64,000 nucleotides of DNA from Epithemia pelagica (Eukaryota > Protista > Bacillariophyta): assembly GCA_946965045.2 (NCBI GenBank), contig OX337228.1, forward strand, positions 434,001-498,000, in the 5' to 3' direction. Of the stretch, positions 34,401 to 43,412 are shown piece by piece. Positions within the stretch are counted from its first letter, which is position 1. Each line of letters begins with the position of its first letter. Under the pieces are notes generated by a model. It was not told the DNA's origin. It made no database searches and was given only the letters and a program-made list of their open reading frames with translations. Made by a program: the position numbers and the translations under genes.

Positions 34401-37106
34401 AACCATACATCATCACCCACCCATTCCGGTCGCACTCCTCTTGAGGCTCTCTCCGGACGCCCACCCGACATTACTCATCTCTTGTTCTTTCCTTTCTGGG
34501 ATGAGGTTTACTACCGTGTCGACCCCGCTGAACCCAATTCTGGTTCATATCCATCTTCTTCTGATGAGAAACTTGGCCACTGGGTTGGTTTTGCTCACAA
34601 TGTTGGTGATTCTTTTACTTGGAAGATTCTCACCCAGGATAACCAGATAATCTACCGTTCTGCCGTTCGCCGTGTTGAATCCACTACATCTAACCTACGT
34701 GTGGATCGACCTTCAGGGGAGGATTTGTCTGAGAAGGATGACAATGATAAGCAAGCTGACACTGTCTTCATTCGCAGTGATAGTGAAGATCCATCCAAAC
34801 CAATGCCCACGATCGATTTTGACGACATGATAGGACGCACATTCCTATGCGACACAGAAGAAAATGGGGAGCGACACCGTGCACGTGTCATCAAACGAGT
34901 CATTGATCTTAATGAAGAAGCAACGAAACAGGAAGAACGTGTCAAGTACATCTACCGAAAGACAAATTCTGATGTTGATGAGATGATATCCTATAATCAA
35001 CTCATGGAGTATATAGAACGAGATAACCAAGCTCAAACCTCTGGAGATAATCTTTTCAGGTTCAGGGACGTCATTGCCCATCAAGGCCCACTGAACACAA
35101 CTGATCCAGATTACAAGGGGAGCAAATATAATTTGCTTGTTGATTGGGAAACTGGGGAGACTACCTATGAATCTTTATCACTCATCGCCAATGATGATCC
35201 GATCACTGTAGCAATTTATGGAAAGAAACATGGTTTACTCAACGAACCTGGATGGAAGCATTTGAAACGTTATGTCAAAACAAGCAAACGTCTCATTCGA
35301 GCAGCCAAACAGTCAAGGATTAAACAAGTTCACCATTCCGTCAAGTATAAGTTTGGATTCCAAGTACCACGCAATTATGAGGGAGCTGTCGCTCTTGATA
35401 AACAACATGGCAACACAAAGTGGCAGGATGCAACAGAATTAGAATTGTCACAGATCCAGTCCTACAAGACATTCAAGGATTTTGGGAAAGCCATCTTCAT
35501 TAAAGGGAAAGTATCCAATGCACCTGAAGGATATCATAAGATACGTGTACATCTTGTCTTTGACGTAAAACATGATGGACGACATAAAGCAAGACTTGTC
35601 GCAGATGGACATCTCACAAAAGAACCTGTTGAGACAATCTATTCAGGTGTTGTTTCCATTCGCAACCTCCGCATTGCCTTATTCCTGGGTACTTTGAATG
35701 ACTTGGAAATATGGGGAGCAGATATTGGAAACGCATATCTGGAAGCCTTGACAGGGGAGAAAATTTTCATTGTCGCAGGACCTGAATTCAAGGAATTAGA
35801 AGGTCACATCCTGATTATATACAAGGCACTTTATGGATTGAAGTCATCAGGCGCACGCTGGCATGATGTCTTATTCGATGTTTTGAAAGACATGGGATTT
35901 TCACCAAGCAAAGCAGATCCGGATATCTGGATGAGGAAAGCACCTGGAGAAGACTGTTACGAATACATTGCCGTATACGTTGATGACTTAGCCATTATTT
36001 CTACTGATCCTGGGAATATCTGCAAGATCCTGAAGGAGAAATACAACTTAAAACTCAAAGGAGATGGACCTATTGATTTCCACTTGGGATGTTGTTACAC
36101 CAAGGATTCTGATGGAACATTAGTAGCAGATCCAAGACGCTACATTGGTAAGATGATGGACACTTTCGAACAAATCTTCAAGGAGAAACCCAAGAAAGCC
36201 AAAACACCTCTTATTGGTGGAGACCATCCTGAATTGGATGATTCTGAGCTCCTTGATGAAGAAGGTACTAGCCATTTCCAAACTCTGATTGGACAACTCC
36301 AATGGGTGATCACTATTGGTCGTTTCGACGTCTTCACCGCTACAATGACGCTATCACGCTTTCGTGCTGCTCCGAGGAAAGGACATCTTGATAGAGCCAA
36401 GCGTATCTATGGATACCTTGCACATCTCCCAGAAGGCGCAATCAGATTTAGGATTGGAGAGCCTGATTATTCAAGTCTTCCTACCCAAGAACTTGATTGG
36501 ACTCGCACTGTCTATTCGAATGCAAGTGAACGTATTCCTGAAGACTGCCCAACACCTCTTGGCCGCTATGTTACCACAACTCATTATGTTGATGCCAATC
36601 TCATGCATGACATAGTCACTGGTAAATCCGTCACTGCTGTTCTACATTTGTTGAACGGAACACCTATTGACTGGTACAGCAAGAGACAGAGCACGGTGGA
36701 AACTGCTACCTATGGATCTGAGTTTGTGGCTGCAAGGACAGCAATAGATCAGATTACAGAATTACGACATTCTCTCCGCTACCTTGGAGTACCTATCCGA
36801 GAGCAAAGTTACATGTACGGAGATAACAGATCTGTTGTGCTCAATGCAACCGTTCCTCATTCCATACTATCCAAGAGACACCATCTTCTGTCATACCACC
36901 GAGTTCGTGAAGCCATCGCAGCAAAGTATGTTGTATTCTACTGGAAAGATGGAAAGACCCACCCTGCCGATATCCTTAGCAAACATTGGGATTTCGTATC
37001 TATTTGGCCCATGCTCAAGCCATTGTTGTTTTGGAAAGGAGAAGTTCAAGACCTCAACAAATCCAATGATGACAAGGCTGAAACGACGAGTTGTGGGGAG
37101 TGTTAG
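31419..37106 (+). CDS. gag-pol: Copia A Gag-Pol polyprotein (1895 aa, intact)
   Basis: PR LIDRGANGG, IN (TDSVF, SDGG, AENRY), RT YVDD and RNase H VDANL..D..YGDN occur in copia order. Confidence 0.96.
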   Translation: MDPQSPKTPTTPKGEDNQDNVSNTDLFDHIIFTVCQFFTKERADYLMKWMKYHGFENITHVISYMQTNTEESMKELTQYKINKQTHDLQGPTRQQIKLLAYWAIYKTNEIQDELSNSDWMNLTRKEFNTWRINTDFSKGPPSQVPVSPMKSPSSVKSVSTVTAASQSQQDLTAFRKGTKRDATAYEVFKDERYYDSFWRVFKTTAKAQGLSNVLNFKYTPPHDDEYAEELFQEQQVFLYSVLVRIIQTDQGRAYVREHEHDEDARAILQKLHSLHTESDLAKREVLRLTNYISNLRLDDTWRGTTRQFLLHFQEQLRLLDNLVTLSDCIPDHTRMTFLMQAVEKVPDLRRVKILDNVVNTKSGAKSLCYQSYFRLLLDAAYDHDQATQSSVHSRRRHVKQHESLYGQDTDADITSQDDMEYHVHNTKATSESPSSSSKVSLPRDLWFKLSEEDRKLIIEYNKMIQAPSSTTPRKVQTHALDIDPEPDPDPNQVASDDDSPGVVPEHPDDSDPVTQFINQAMTTDINHPATDLTSVLSNAKSKTSKKVTFKANMHKQAGHVPRYLFSRKSTLPGNQLIDRGANGGLAGSDMRILSKTGRHITIVGIDNHELTGLPVVTCAAKFETNDGPIVGIFNEYAYYGKGLSIHAPGQFEHFGLAVDERSVKVDGKQRITTLDGRAIPLHIKDGLAYIHSLGIPSDDDMDTLPQIIFTSPDTWDPGVLDHSYSPTPSDNDPDWKHVKTDGSMSNHPYDNYGEYTDRVVCNLNLLLDLLYDHGPDDAPFFSIYADAEGNDPTLHASVHRRYQEAYDWKKFRPFFGWQSEDVIADTFKHTTRNGSITFDHDTLKKHFKARNPVLNIPRRHEPVATDSVFSDTPAVDHGGKVAQIFVGRDTLVTDIYGIKSTKQFVNTLQDNIRFRGAMETLISDGGSSLISQKVKDILRTLLIGEYRSEPYHQHQNKAENRYQTVKRMTNALMNATGCPANTWLLCLEYVCDLLNHTSSPTHSGRTPLEALSGRPPDITHLLFFPFWDEVYYRVDPAEPNSGSYPSSSDEKLGHWVGFAHNVGDSFTWKILTQDNQIIYRSAVRRVESTTSNLRVDRPSGEDLSEKDDNDKQADTVFIRSDSEDPSKPMPTIDFDDMIGRTFLCDTEENGERHRARVIKRVIDLNEEATKQEERVKYIYRKTNSDVDEMISYNQLMEYIERDNQAQTSGDNLFRFRDVIAHQGPLNTTDPDYKGSKYNLLVDWETGETTYESLSLIANDDPITVAIYGKKHGLLNEPGWKHLKRYVKTSKRLIRAAKQSRIKQVHHSVKYKFGFQVPRNYEGAVALDKQHGNTKWQDATELELSQIQSYKTFKDFGKAIFIKGKVSNAPEGYHKIRVHLVFDVKHDGRHKARLVADGHLTKEPVETIYSGVVSIRNLRIALFLGTLNDLEIWGADIGNAYLEALTGEKIFIVAGPEFKELEGHILIIYKALYGLKSSGARWHDVLFDVLKDMGFSPSKADPDIWMRKAPGEDCYEYIAVYVDDLAIISTDPGNICKILKEKYNLKLKGDGPIDFHLGCCYTKDSDGTLVADPRRYIGKMMDTFEQIFKEKPKKAKTPLIGGDHPELDDSELLDEEGTSHFQTLIGQLQWVITIGRFDVFTATMTLSRFRAAPRKGHLDRAKRIYGYLAHLPEGAIRFRIGEPDYSSLPTQELDWTRTVYSNASERIPEDCPTPLGRYVTTTHYVDANLMHDIVTGKSVTAVLHLLNGTPIDWYSKRQSTVETATYGSEFVAARTAIDQITELRHSLRYLGVPIREQSYMYGDNRSVVLNATVPHSILSKRHHLLSYHRVREAIAAKYVVFYWKDGKTHPADILSKHWDFVSIWPMLKPLLFWKGEVQDLNKSNDDKAETTSCGEC

Positions 37107-38053
37107 AATTCTCACCGTCTATGGTGGTTAGATTCTACATCTCATCGATTCCCCATGTCACATAGCCTCGTGCTATCGCATCATGCCATCTAGCTTCGAG
37201 CTATGTTCCCTAGCTTCGCGCTATATCGACCTATATTTCTTCGCAAATCATGAAAAGTGAGAATAGATTGACGAACTCACTCTCAAGACTAAACTGGGTC
37301 GTGCGGTATTACAACAGACGTAAATTTGGCCGTTGCTCGGACATTATACTAACGCCCTAAGCGTACGCGCCCGAAATCATCGAGCGCGCCCAAGCGACAT
37401 CCGAGCACTGTCGACATCTATCCGACCCAACGGTCTAAGTATCCCAAGCACGACACACGATCACGCGAGACCATATTTCCATTCCCACAATCTCCAAATT
37501 GTCAACAAGCTGCGCGCCATGAAAACAACTATGCCAACCCAAAGCAAGAGCTGTTGACCCTGTATATGTTATCCGTCCACATATACATGTCATATACATC
37601 ACATGAATCGACTCCAACTATTCCAAACCTGTTGCCGCCAAGAACCTATGACACATGACCCTTGGCAGGACCGAACATTTCACGTAGACCTATCGTAGTA
37701 ATCAACACACAATCTAACAATATCACCATTTATCACTTCTTCTTTTGTGTCCCGACTATCCTTCTGATAGACTTCGACTTGCTTGCTTCTCTGACCCTGA
37801 GAAGCTTGTATCGGTTGGTGACCTACCTGATTGTCTGCTCTACCGAGCATCAATGCCTCTGCAATTCCAAGAGAATTGTAACAGGAGGAGACTTCTTCTG
37901 TGAGAGACTGTCGTTGATGGACAAGAACTCTGCCGTGTTTCGCGATTTGTTGTTGGGTACAAATGGCGTCCGTCCATGTTTGAAGGAAATGTAAACCAAC
38001 TTGGTATATGTGTCAAAGGATGAATACTTCTATAGTATCATTGTTTGATCCAC

Positions 38054-39310
38054 TTACTTGATTTTTGTGTGCTTGTTCCTTAGGTCGCATCTACCCATGA
38101 ATCGACTTTTCATTACGTGCACTGTAATGGTATAGTTCGCCCAAGGATTCCCTTGGTGCTGGTGCTGATATTGATGGTGGGGTTGCTGGAATGCTGCTTC
38201 TTGTGGTGGTGGTGGTGAATGTTGATGGTGGTTGTCGTTGCAACGAAACAAAACTGTCTGCTTGTTCGTCTTGTTGTCGTTCGTCCAAGACATGCCAAAA
38301 ATGAACCAGTCGGTGCCACAACAGGCATACAACAACGAGTCCAATCCACATAACGACAAGCCGCTACGACCGACTCGAAGGACGACGACAAGACTGTGGC
38401 TGTTGTTGCCGCAAGCCTCTCGACACGGTCCCTTGTTGTCGTCGACTGGCACCACCACAACCAGCACTCCGTTCTCGCCATGGCATGATGATGATGGTAC
38501 CAATATCTGTTTTTCTCTCTCTTTCTGACTGTCTGGGAACGCAGTCTTGACACGTGGTGTTGGAGTGGCAACACACTCTCTTGGTTTCAACACAAGAGAT
38601 AGAGAGAGAGAGAACACACAATCGAAAGAGGATGTGATGATGTGGGGTCTGTGGTTTTTTCGTGGTTTTGTTGGGAAACCGAGAATGACCCGAGTCAACG
38701 TGACCGACCCGAGTCAACGTGACCAAGACTACCCACGCTCGACCGTTTGGTCCTGGTATGGCGCGAGCGCGTCAACCTTTCCAGCAACGGAACAAAACTG
38801 TCATAAAGTGCTTGTTCGTCTTGTTGTCGTTCGTCCAAGAGCACATGCCAAAAGTGAACCAGTCGGTGCCACAACAGGTATACAACAACGAGTCCAATCC
38901 ACACAACGACAAGCCGCAACGACGGCGAGACTTTGGTTGTTGTTGCGGTTGCCGCAAGCCAGTCGAAAGGGTCCCTTGCTGTCGTCGACTGGCAGCACCA
39001 GCACTCCGTTCTCGCCATGGCATGATAATGATGGTACCACCCCTCTCTCTTTTTCTCTCTCTTTCTGACTGTCTGGGAACGCAGTCTCCTTCTTGAAACG
39101 TGGTGGTGGAGTGGCAACGCACTCGGTTGGTTCCAACACACCAAGAGAGAGAACAATCGATCTAATCGCGATCTATGCACAAAGAGAGTTCTCGTTTTTT
39201 GGTTGGGAAAAGAGAGCGAGAATGACTCTAGTATCCGGGACCAAGACTACCCACAGGCGACAGCTTGGTCTTGGTGCGGCGAGCGCGTCGACCGTTCCAA
39301 CACAAAAACC
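38054..39310 (-). pseudogene. Tandem truncated copies of the GT10 gene 5' end and its upstream region
   Basis: MPWRERSAG...RQQGT recurs at about 38500 and 39020, matching 25849 onward. The upstream motif CCCAC(GC)..CGAC..TTGGTC.TGGT.GGCG.GAGCGCGTC.ACC occurs at 28261, 38731 and about 39250. Confidence 0.75.
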
Positions 39311-39633
39311 ACCGCACAAGATACAAAATGCTCCGTCGTCTTCTCTCTCTATCCAAGTGTGACTTTTGCTCTCTATTCTACACGAATGTACTGAACGAAT
39401 CGAATACCAGTACTCTGTAGTCGAGAGTGGACAATGTCTCGGCGTTTCGACGCAAAACGTGCGATACAGAATCGATTCCACTGGTTCCAACGAAACAAGG
39501 CAAGACCTCTTTTCTTCCTCCTCTGTTTTTGTGGGGGGAATGGACTGATGTGATATGGTCACTCCGTACACTCCAGTTGATTTTACGACCCAATGATTCG
39601 TAGAAGTGGTTGGAAGCCGAGTTGCAATCTTCT

Positions 39634-41450
39634 TCAAACAGGATTCTCTTCTTGTTGCCACAGTCGCATCGCCTGTCGCAAGGCGTCCGTCAAGGAAGGG
39701 GAGGGTGATGGTGCTGGGGAACGACGGTTCTCGGCGGAATCCGTGGTTATGGTTGTGGTGGTATGATTGGAGGCCACGAATGGGCGAGTTGTCGTCGTTT
39801 TTGTCCTGCTGGGTGTACCATATGTAATGACGGGTGCCGTCCAATAGTCTTGATAAATGCGTTTCAAGTCGACATGGGCAACCATTGGTAGGCGATAGGC
39901 GACGGCTTGACTGACAAAGCCCGTTAATTTGGTTTGGTGGGGGCCGTCGTCGTCCGCGTCATGAAAGTATTGGGGCGTGGAACTGGGGTCGACTAAGGGA
40001 AGCAATACGTGACACTGGGTGGCAATCCGGCGTTGAAACTCGACAAAGTCACCTTGTTCGGGCACAATCGTGACACGGTGTCGAATCCACGGCAACGACT
40101 CTTGTTGTTGGCCATACTCGTCCGCCCATCGACGATGAGCCGACCCCGCACTCTGACGGGCATGCAACAAGACGCGAAACCGCAGGATTGGTGGAGGGTG
40201 GCTGTTGTTGGTGTTGTTGTGGTGGTTCTTGGAGTCTTGTTCTTCTTGTTGCACCAAGTCGTTCAAGGCCTGAATCAAGGCGGTTTGCCTCTTGGTTCCA
40301 CTGGGACACAGGGTAATGGTCCTATTCGTCGTCTTGTTCCTCGAGGATTGTGATGGTGATGGTCCAGATGGAGAAAAGGGAGACGAAGAACGAGCAAGAC
40401 TGGCGGTTGCTGTTGTTGTCGTATTTGGGGTTGTTGTGTTGCCGACGACAATGGCATTGTGATTGTTGGCATCAAATTGGGGCAAATCGGAGGGGAGGAA
40501 ATGACAGGCGGGGTGCTTCATTGGTGTGACCCAACACACTTGACGCGTTTGCAGTTGTTGCGGGGTACAGGAGGGACAGGTTCCATGCAAGACACAGTAA
40601 TGTCGTCGGGGTCGATTTTGCAACCACGGTTGAAACTTGTACGAATCGCAACTCAGCCCAATAAAGGCATGAAAATTGTACTGTTCGGGATGTCGGTAAT
40701 AGTGGGAATACTGGACCACGCGACCAAATTGTGCCAGTGTGCCATCGGATCGACGTCGAATCGTCCCCGACAAGACTGTATTGAAATATCGCACATAACT
40801 GGACTTGGACAAACTGGTGCCTGTTTCGGTTGCGCCGAGGTAAAAGTAGTGGTTTTCGGCCAAGGCGACATCAAAGACAATAACGGTCGACGTACTGCAA
40901 TTGAGACGATGCCAGGGAATGGGATATTTCAAAATGGTACTTTCGATGACTTCGTAATGATAATCCATTTTGTTTTCCACAGCCACTCGACAGGGAGGAT
41001 CGCCTGGTGTTCCCAATTCTGGTGGCGGTGCTTATTGCTGGAGGAATTCATGTGGAGCTGTGATATGCTCCTCCTCCATGTCTTTGTTACGAGTTGTGGT
41101 TGGTGTTGATGTGGTGTTGGTAGTGTTGATTTACTGCATATTATCGACGGAAAACGTCGGCGCCGTTTGTAATTCTTGGTGGAGCAAATTCAAAAAGACC
41201 AGACAGACAATCAAGATCCATGCCACCACTGTTCGTCGTCGTTGTCTTTGTCGTCCTTGTCTAGATCCTAGTATTAGTTCCAGGAACCGGCTCCATATCG
41301 TCCTTGTTGGTGTTGTTGGATGCATTGTACAGAAGGATTGGATCGTTCTTGTGACGATTTGTAGGATGATAAAAACAACAAGGATGAATTCGACAACAAA
41401 ACGATTGCTTTCTGGTTCTGGGGATGTCCATTACCTCGGTTTTGTTGGCC
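39634..41450 (-). pseudogene. Type II membrane protein of unknown, possibly glycosyltransferase-like function, with two in-frame TAA stops
   Basis: The TM segment VVAWILIVCLVFLNLL (41131-41325) is in frame with ORF 39634-41016 (DYHYEVIES..., HVLLPLVDP, KLTG..SQA). TAA codons at about 41131-41133 and 41032-41034. Confidence 0.45.
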
Positions 41451-41789
41451 AAGTCGCGGTAAAATCGCGCCTTCTGATGGCCATTTGGCCGACAATTTTG
41501 CGATGACTAGAAATAGTCGACGCCGGTAGCTCCGTAGTAATTGACAATGATCCGCGTCTTCAAAGTTAGTTGGCCGAATGTGTTGAAATTGTGGCCGTTA
41601 TTTGGCAATGCATGACAAATGTGTCGAAACTACCCCGGCTATGTGGCCGATTTTGGTTGGAGCTGTGTAAGACTCCCACCTGTGGATCAGGGTAGATTTC
41701 ATGTAACGAGTGTATAATTTTTCTGATAAGCGAACTTTTAGTAGTTTATCAGACCCATCGTCCGAAACTGTCAAGTGAACTACATCACC

Positions 41790-43412
41790 ATGGTACTGAC
41801 TGTTAACCAAACGACATCTTTCTTTCGCGATGCCGACCAAATGGGCATTCCACAGGCTACTGTAACTCAACTTCAAGTTGAGGGAATCACGACACTTTCC
41901 GACTTAGCTGACTTCGATAAGGATACGCTCCAGCAAGTAGCGGACAATCTCAGGAAACCGGGAGGAAGGATCCCAGATCCAACCCCTGGTGCGGCCCCTG
42001 GAGCAACAATCCCTACACCATCCTTCGTTTTTGGTGCCAAATCCCAGCATCGCCTATCTGTGGCATGCGAACTGGTCAGGTACTACAATACTGTTGGGCG
42101 TGACATGACAGCAAACAACATGCGTTGGACCCAGGTCATGAAGAATTTTGAGTCACAGTGGAAGGCATTGAAGTCACGGAAGGAAGGGGATGAACCCGAA
42201 ACTCCCAAGATCAGCAAGGCATTGCCAATCATGAAATGGACCAAAGCTTTCCAAGATTATCTCAATCGTGTGATTGGAGTGAGAACAATCCCTCTAGCTT
42301 ATGTCACCAGACAAGAGGTGGATGTTCCAGTCGTACCGCCAGTACAAGCAGCCAATAAGCCCCATTCGACGGAGTATGGCTCAATTGAAGTTGAACTTGT
42401 GGCGCGTGCATCCCATGACCATGAATTGTACCGTGAAGATAATGCGGCAGTATACTACCACCTCGAGGAAGCAACTAGAGGGCCGACGTATGCGGCATCC
42501 ATCAAGCCCTATCAGCGAGGAAAAGATGGTCGAGGTGCCTGTATGGCACTTACAAGTCAGTATGCTGGTCAGGATAAGTGGGAGGCAGAGATCAAACAAC
42601 AAGACGATCTCCTCCACCAACGTGTATGGAAAGGACAAAGCAGTTTTCCACTCGAGGGTTTCATCGCACAGCATCGAAATGCTTATGTTTCTATGCAGCA
42701 ATGTGCTGAACACGTATCTTACCAGTTGCCCAACGAGCACACACGTGTTGGCTATCTATTGGAAGGCATCCAATGTTCTGATGCCGGACTCCAAGCAGCC
42801 ATGGCAAGTGTCCGAACGGACAATGACCCTAATGGCATGCGAAACAATTTTGAATCTGCCGCTGCCCATCTGCTACCGTATGATCCGGTGGCCAAGAAGA
42901 GGGCCGCAGCGAGTAACAATAAACGAAGTGCAGCTCAGATTTCGTCCGTCGAGGCAGATGAGGAACAAGCACCGACGACGGCCGAGGTAGGCTCAACCAC
43001 TACACAGCCAAAGAAAACAAGCATTGGGAAAACAGGTGTGCATCTTCGTTACCACACCCCTGCTGAGTACGACAAACTCACCAATGCCCAAAAAGATGAA
43101 CTTCGACTCTGGCGCGAGTCAAAGCCGAAGAAGAAGAATGGCGACGGAAAATCCAATAGTGGGAAGAATGGCAAAACCAAGTCGGCTAAACGCCAATTGG
43201 CATCCGTGGTGGCAAACAAGCTCAAGAAGTTTGCTCAAAAGGCAGAGGAGGAAGAACAGGCCAATGATTTGCAGGCTCAAATTGCCTCTATCGTTCAAGC
43301 CACCATGCAATCACAGTTGGCTCTTCCCCCGCCACCCTCGACCGCCAACCCACAACCACCTAAGAAATCTACCACCCTCCAGGCGATCCTTAAACAGGCG
43401 AAGCAAGCCTGA
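41790..43412 (+). CDS. gag: Copia B gag
   Basis: ORF directly after the 5' LTR/PBS, ending in TGA that is in frame with pol. Confidence 0.85.
   Translation: MVLTVNQTTSFFRDADQMGIPQATVTQLQVEGITTLSDLADFDKDTLQQVADNLRKPGGRIPDPTPGAAPGATIPTPSFVFGAKSQHRLSVACELVRYYNTVGRDMTANNMRWTQVMKNFESQWKALKSRKEGDEPETPKISKALPIMKWTKAFQDYLNRVIGVRTIPLAYVTRQEVDVPVVPPVQAANKPHSTEYGSIEVELVARASHDHELYREDNAAVYYHLEEATRGPTYAASIKPYQRGKDGRGACMALTSQYAGQDKWEAEIKQQDDLLHQRVWKGQSSFPLEGFIAQHRNAYVSMQQCAEHVSYQLPNEHTRVGYLLEGIQCSDAGLQAAMASVRTDNDPNGMRNNFESAAAHLLPYDPVAKKRAAASNNKRSAAQISSVEADEEQAPTTAEVGSTTTQPKKTSIGKTGVHLRYHTPAEYDKLTNAQKDELRLWRESKPKKKNGDGKSNSGKNGKTKSAKRQLASVVANKLKKFAQKAEEEEQANDLQAQIASIVQATMQSQLALPPPPSTANPQPPKKSTTLQAILKQAKQA

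Larger units (their letters stand above)
29500..37883 (+). mobile_element. Full-length Ty1/copia (CoDi-like) retrotransposon A
   Basis: 783-bp LTRs at 29500-30282 and 37101-37883 (TGTTAGAATTCTC...GAGAATTGTAACA, about 3 differences seen). 5-bp TSD GGAGG. PPT GTGGGGAG. Confidence 0.97.
28475..37994 (+). pseudogene. Kelch-repeat protein gene disrupted by a copia insertion (coding 28475-29499 and 37889-37994)
   Basis: Kelch repeats (VVIGG, LYAIGG, IYVVGG, LVVSGG). Removing the element and one GGAGG restores the frame ...ISGLGGDFFCERLSLMDKNSAVFRDLLLG...KEM*. Confidence 0.85.

Noticed and set aside
41030-41135. In-frame TAA codons in Gln-rich context as evidence for a TAA=Gln genetic code
   Set aside because: TAA terminates intact genes in the same window (15834, 37994), and 50481 TAA is CAA in the duplicate, so these are mutations.
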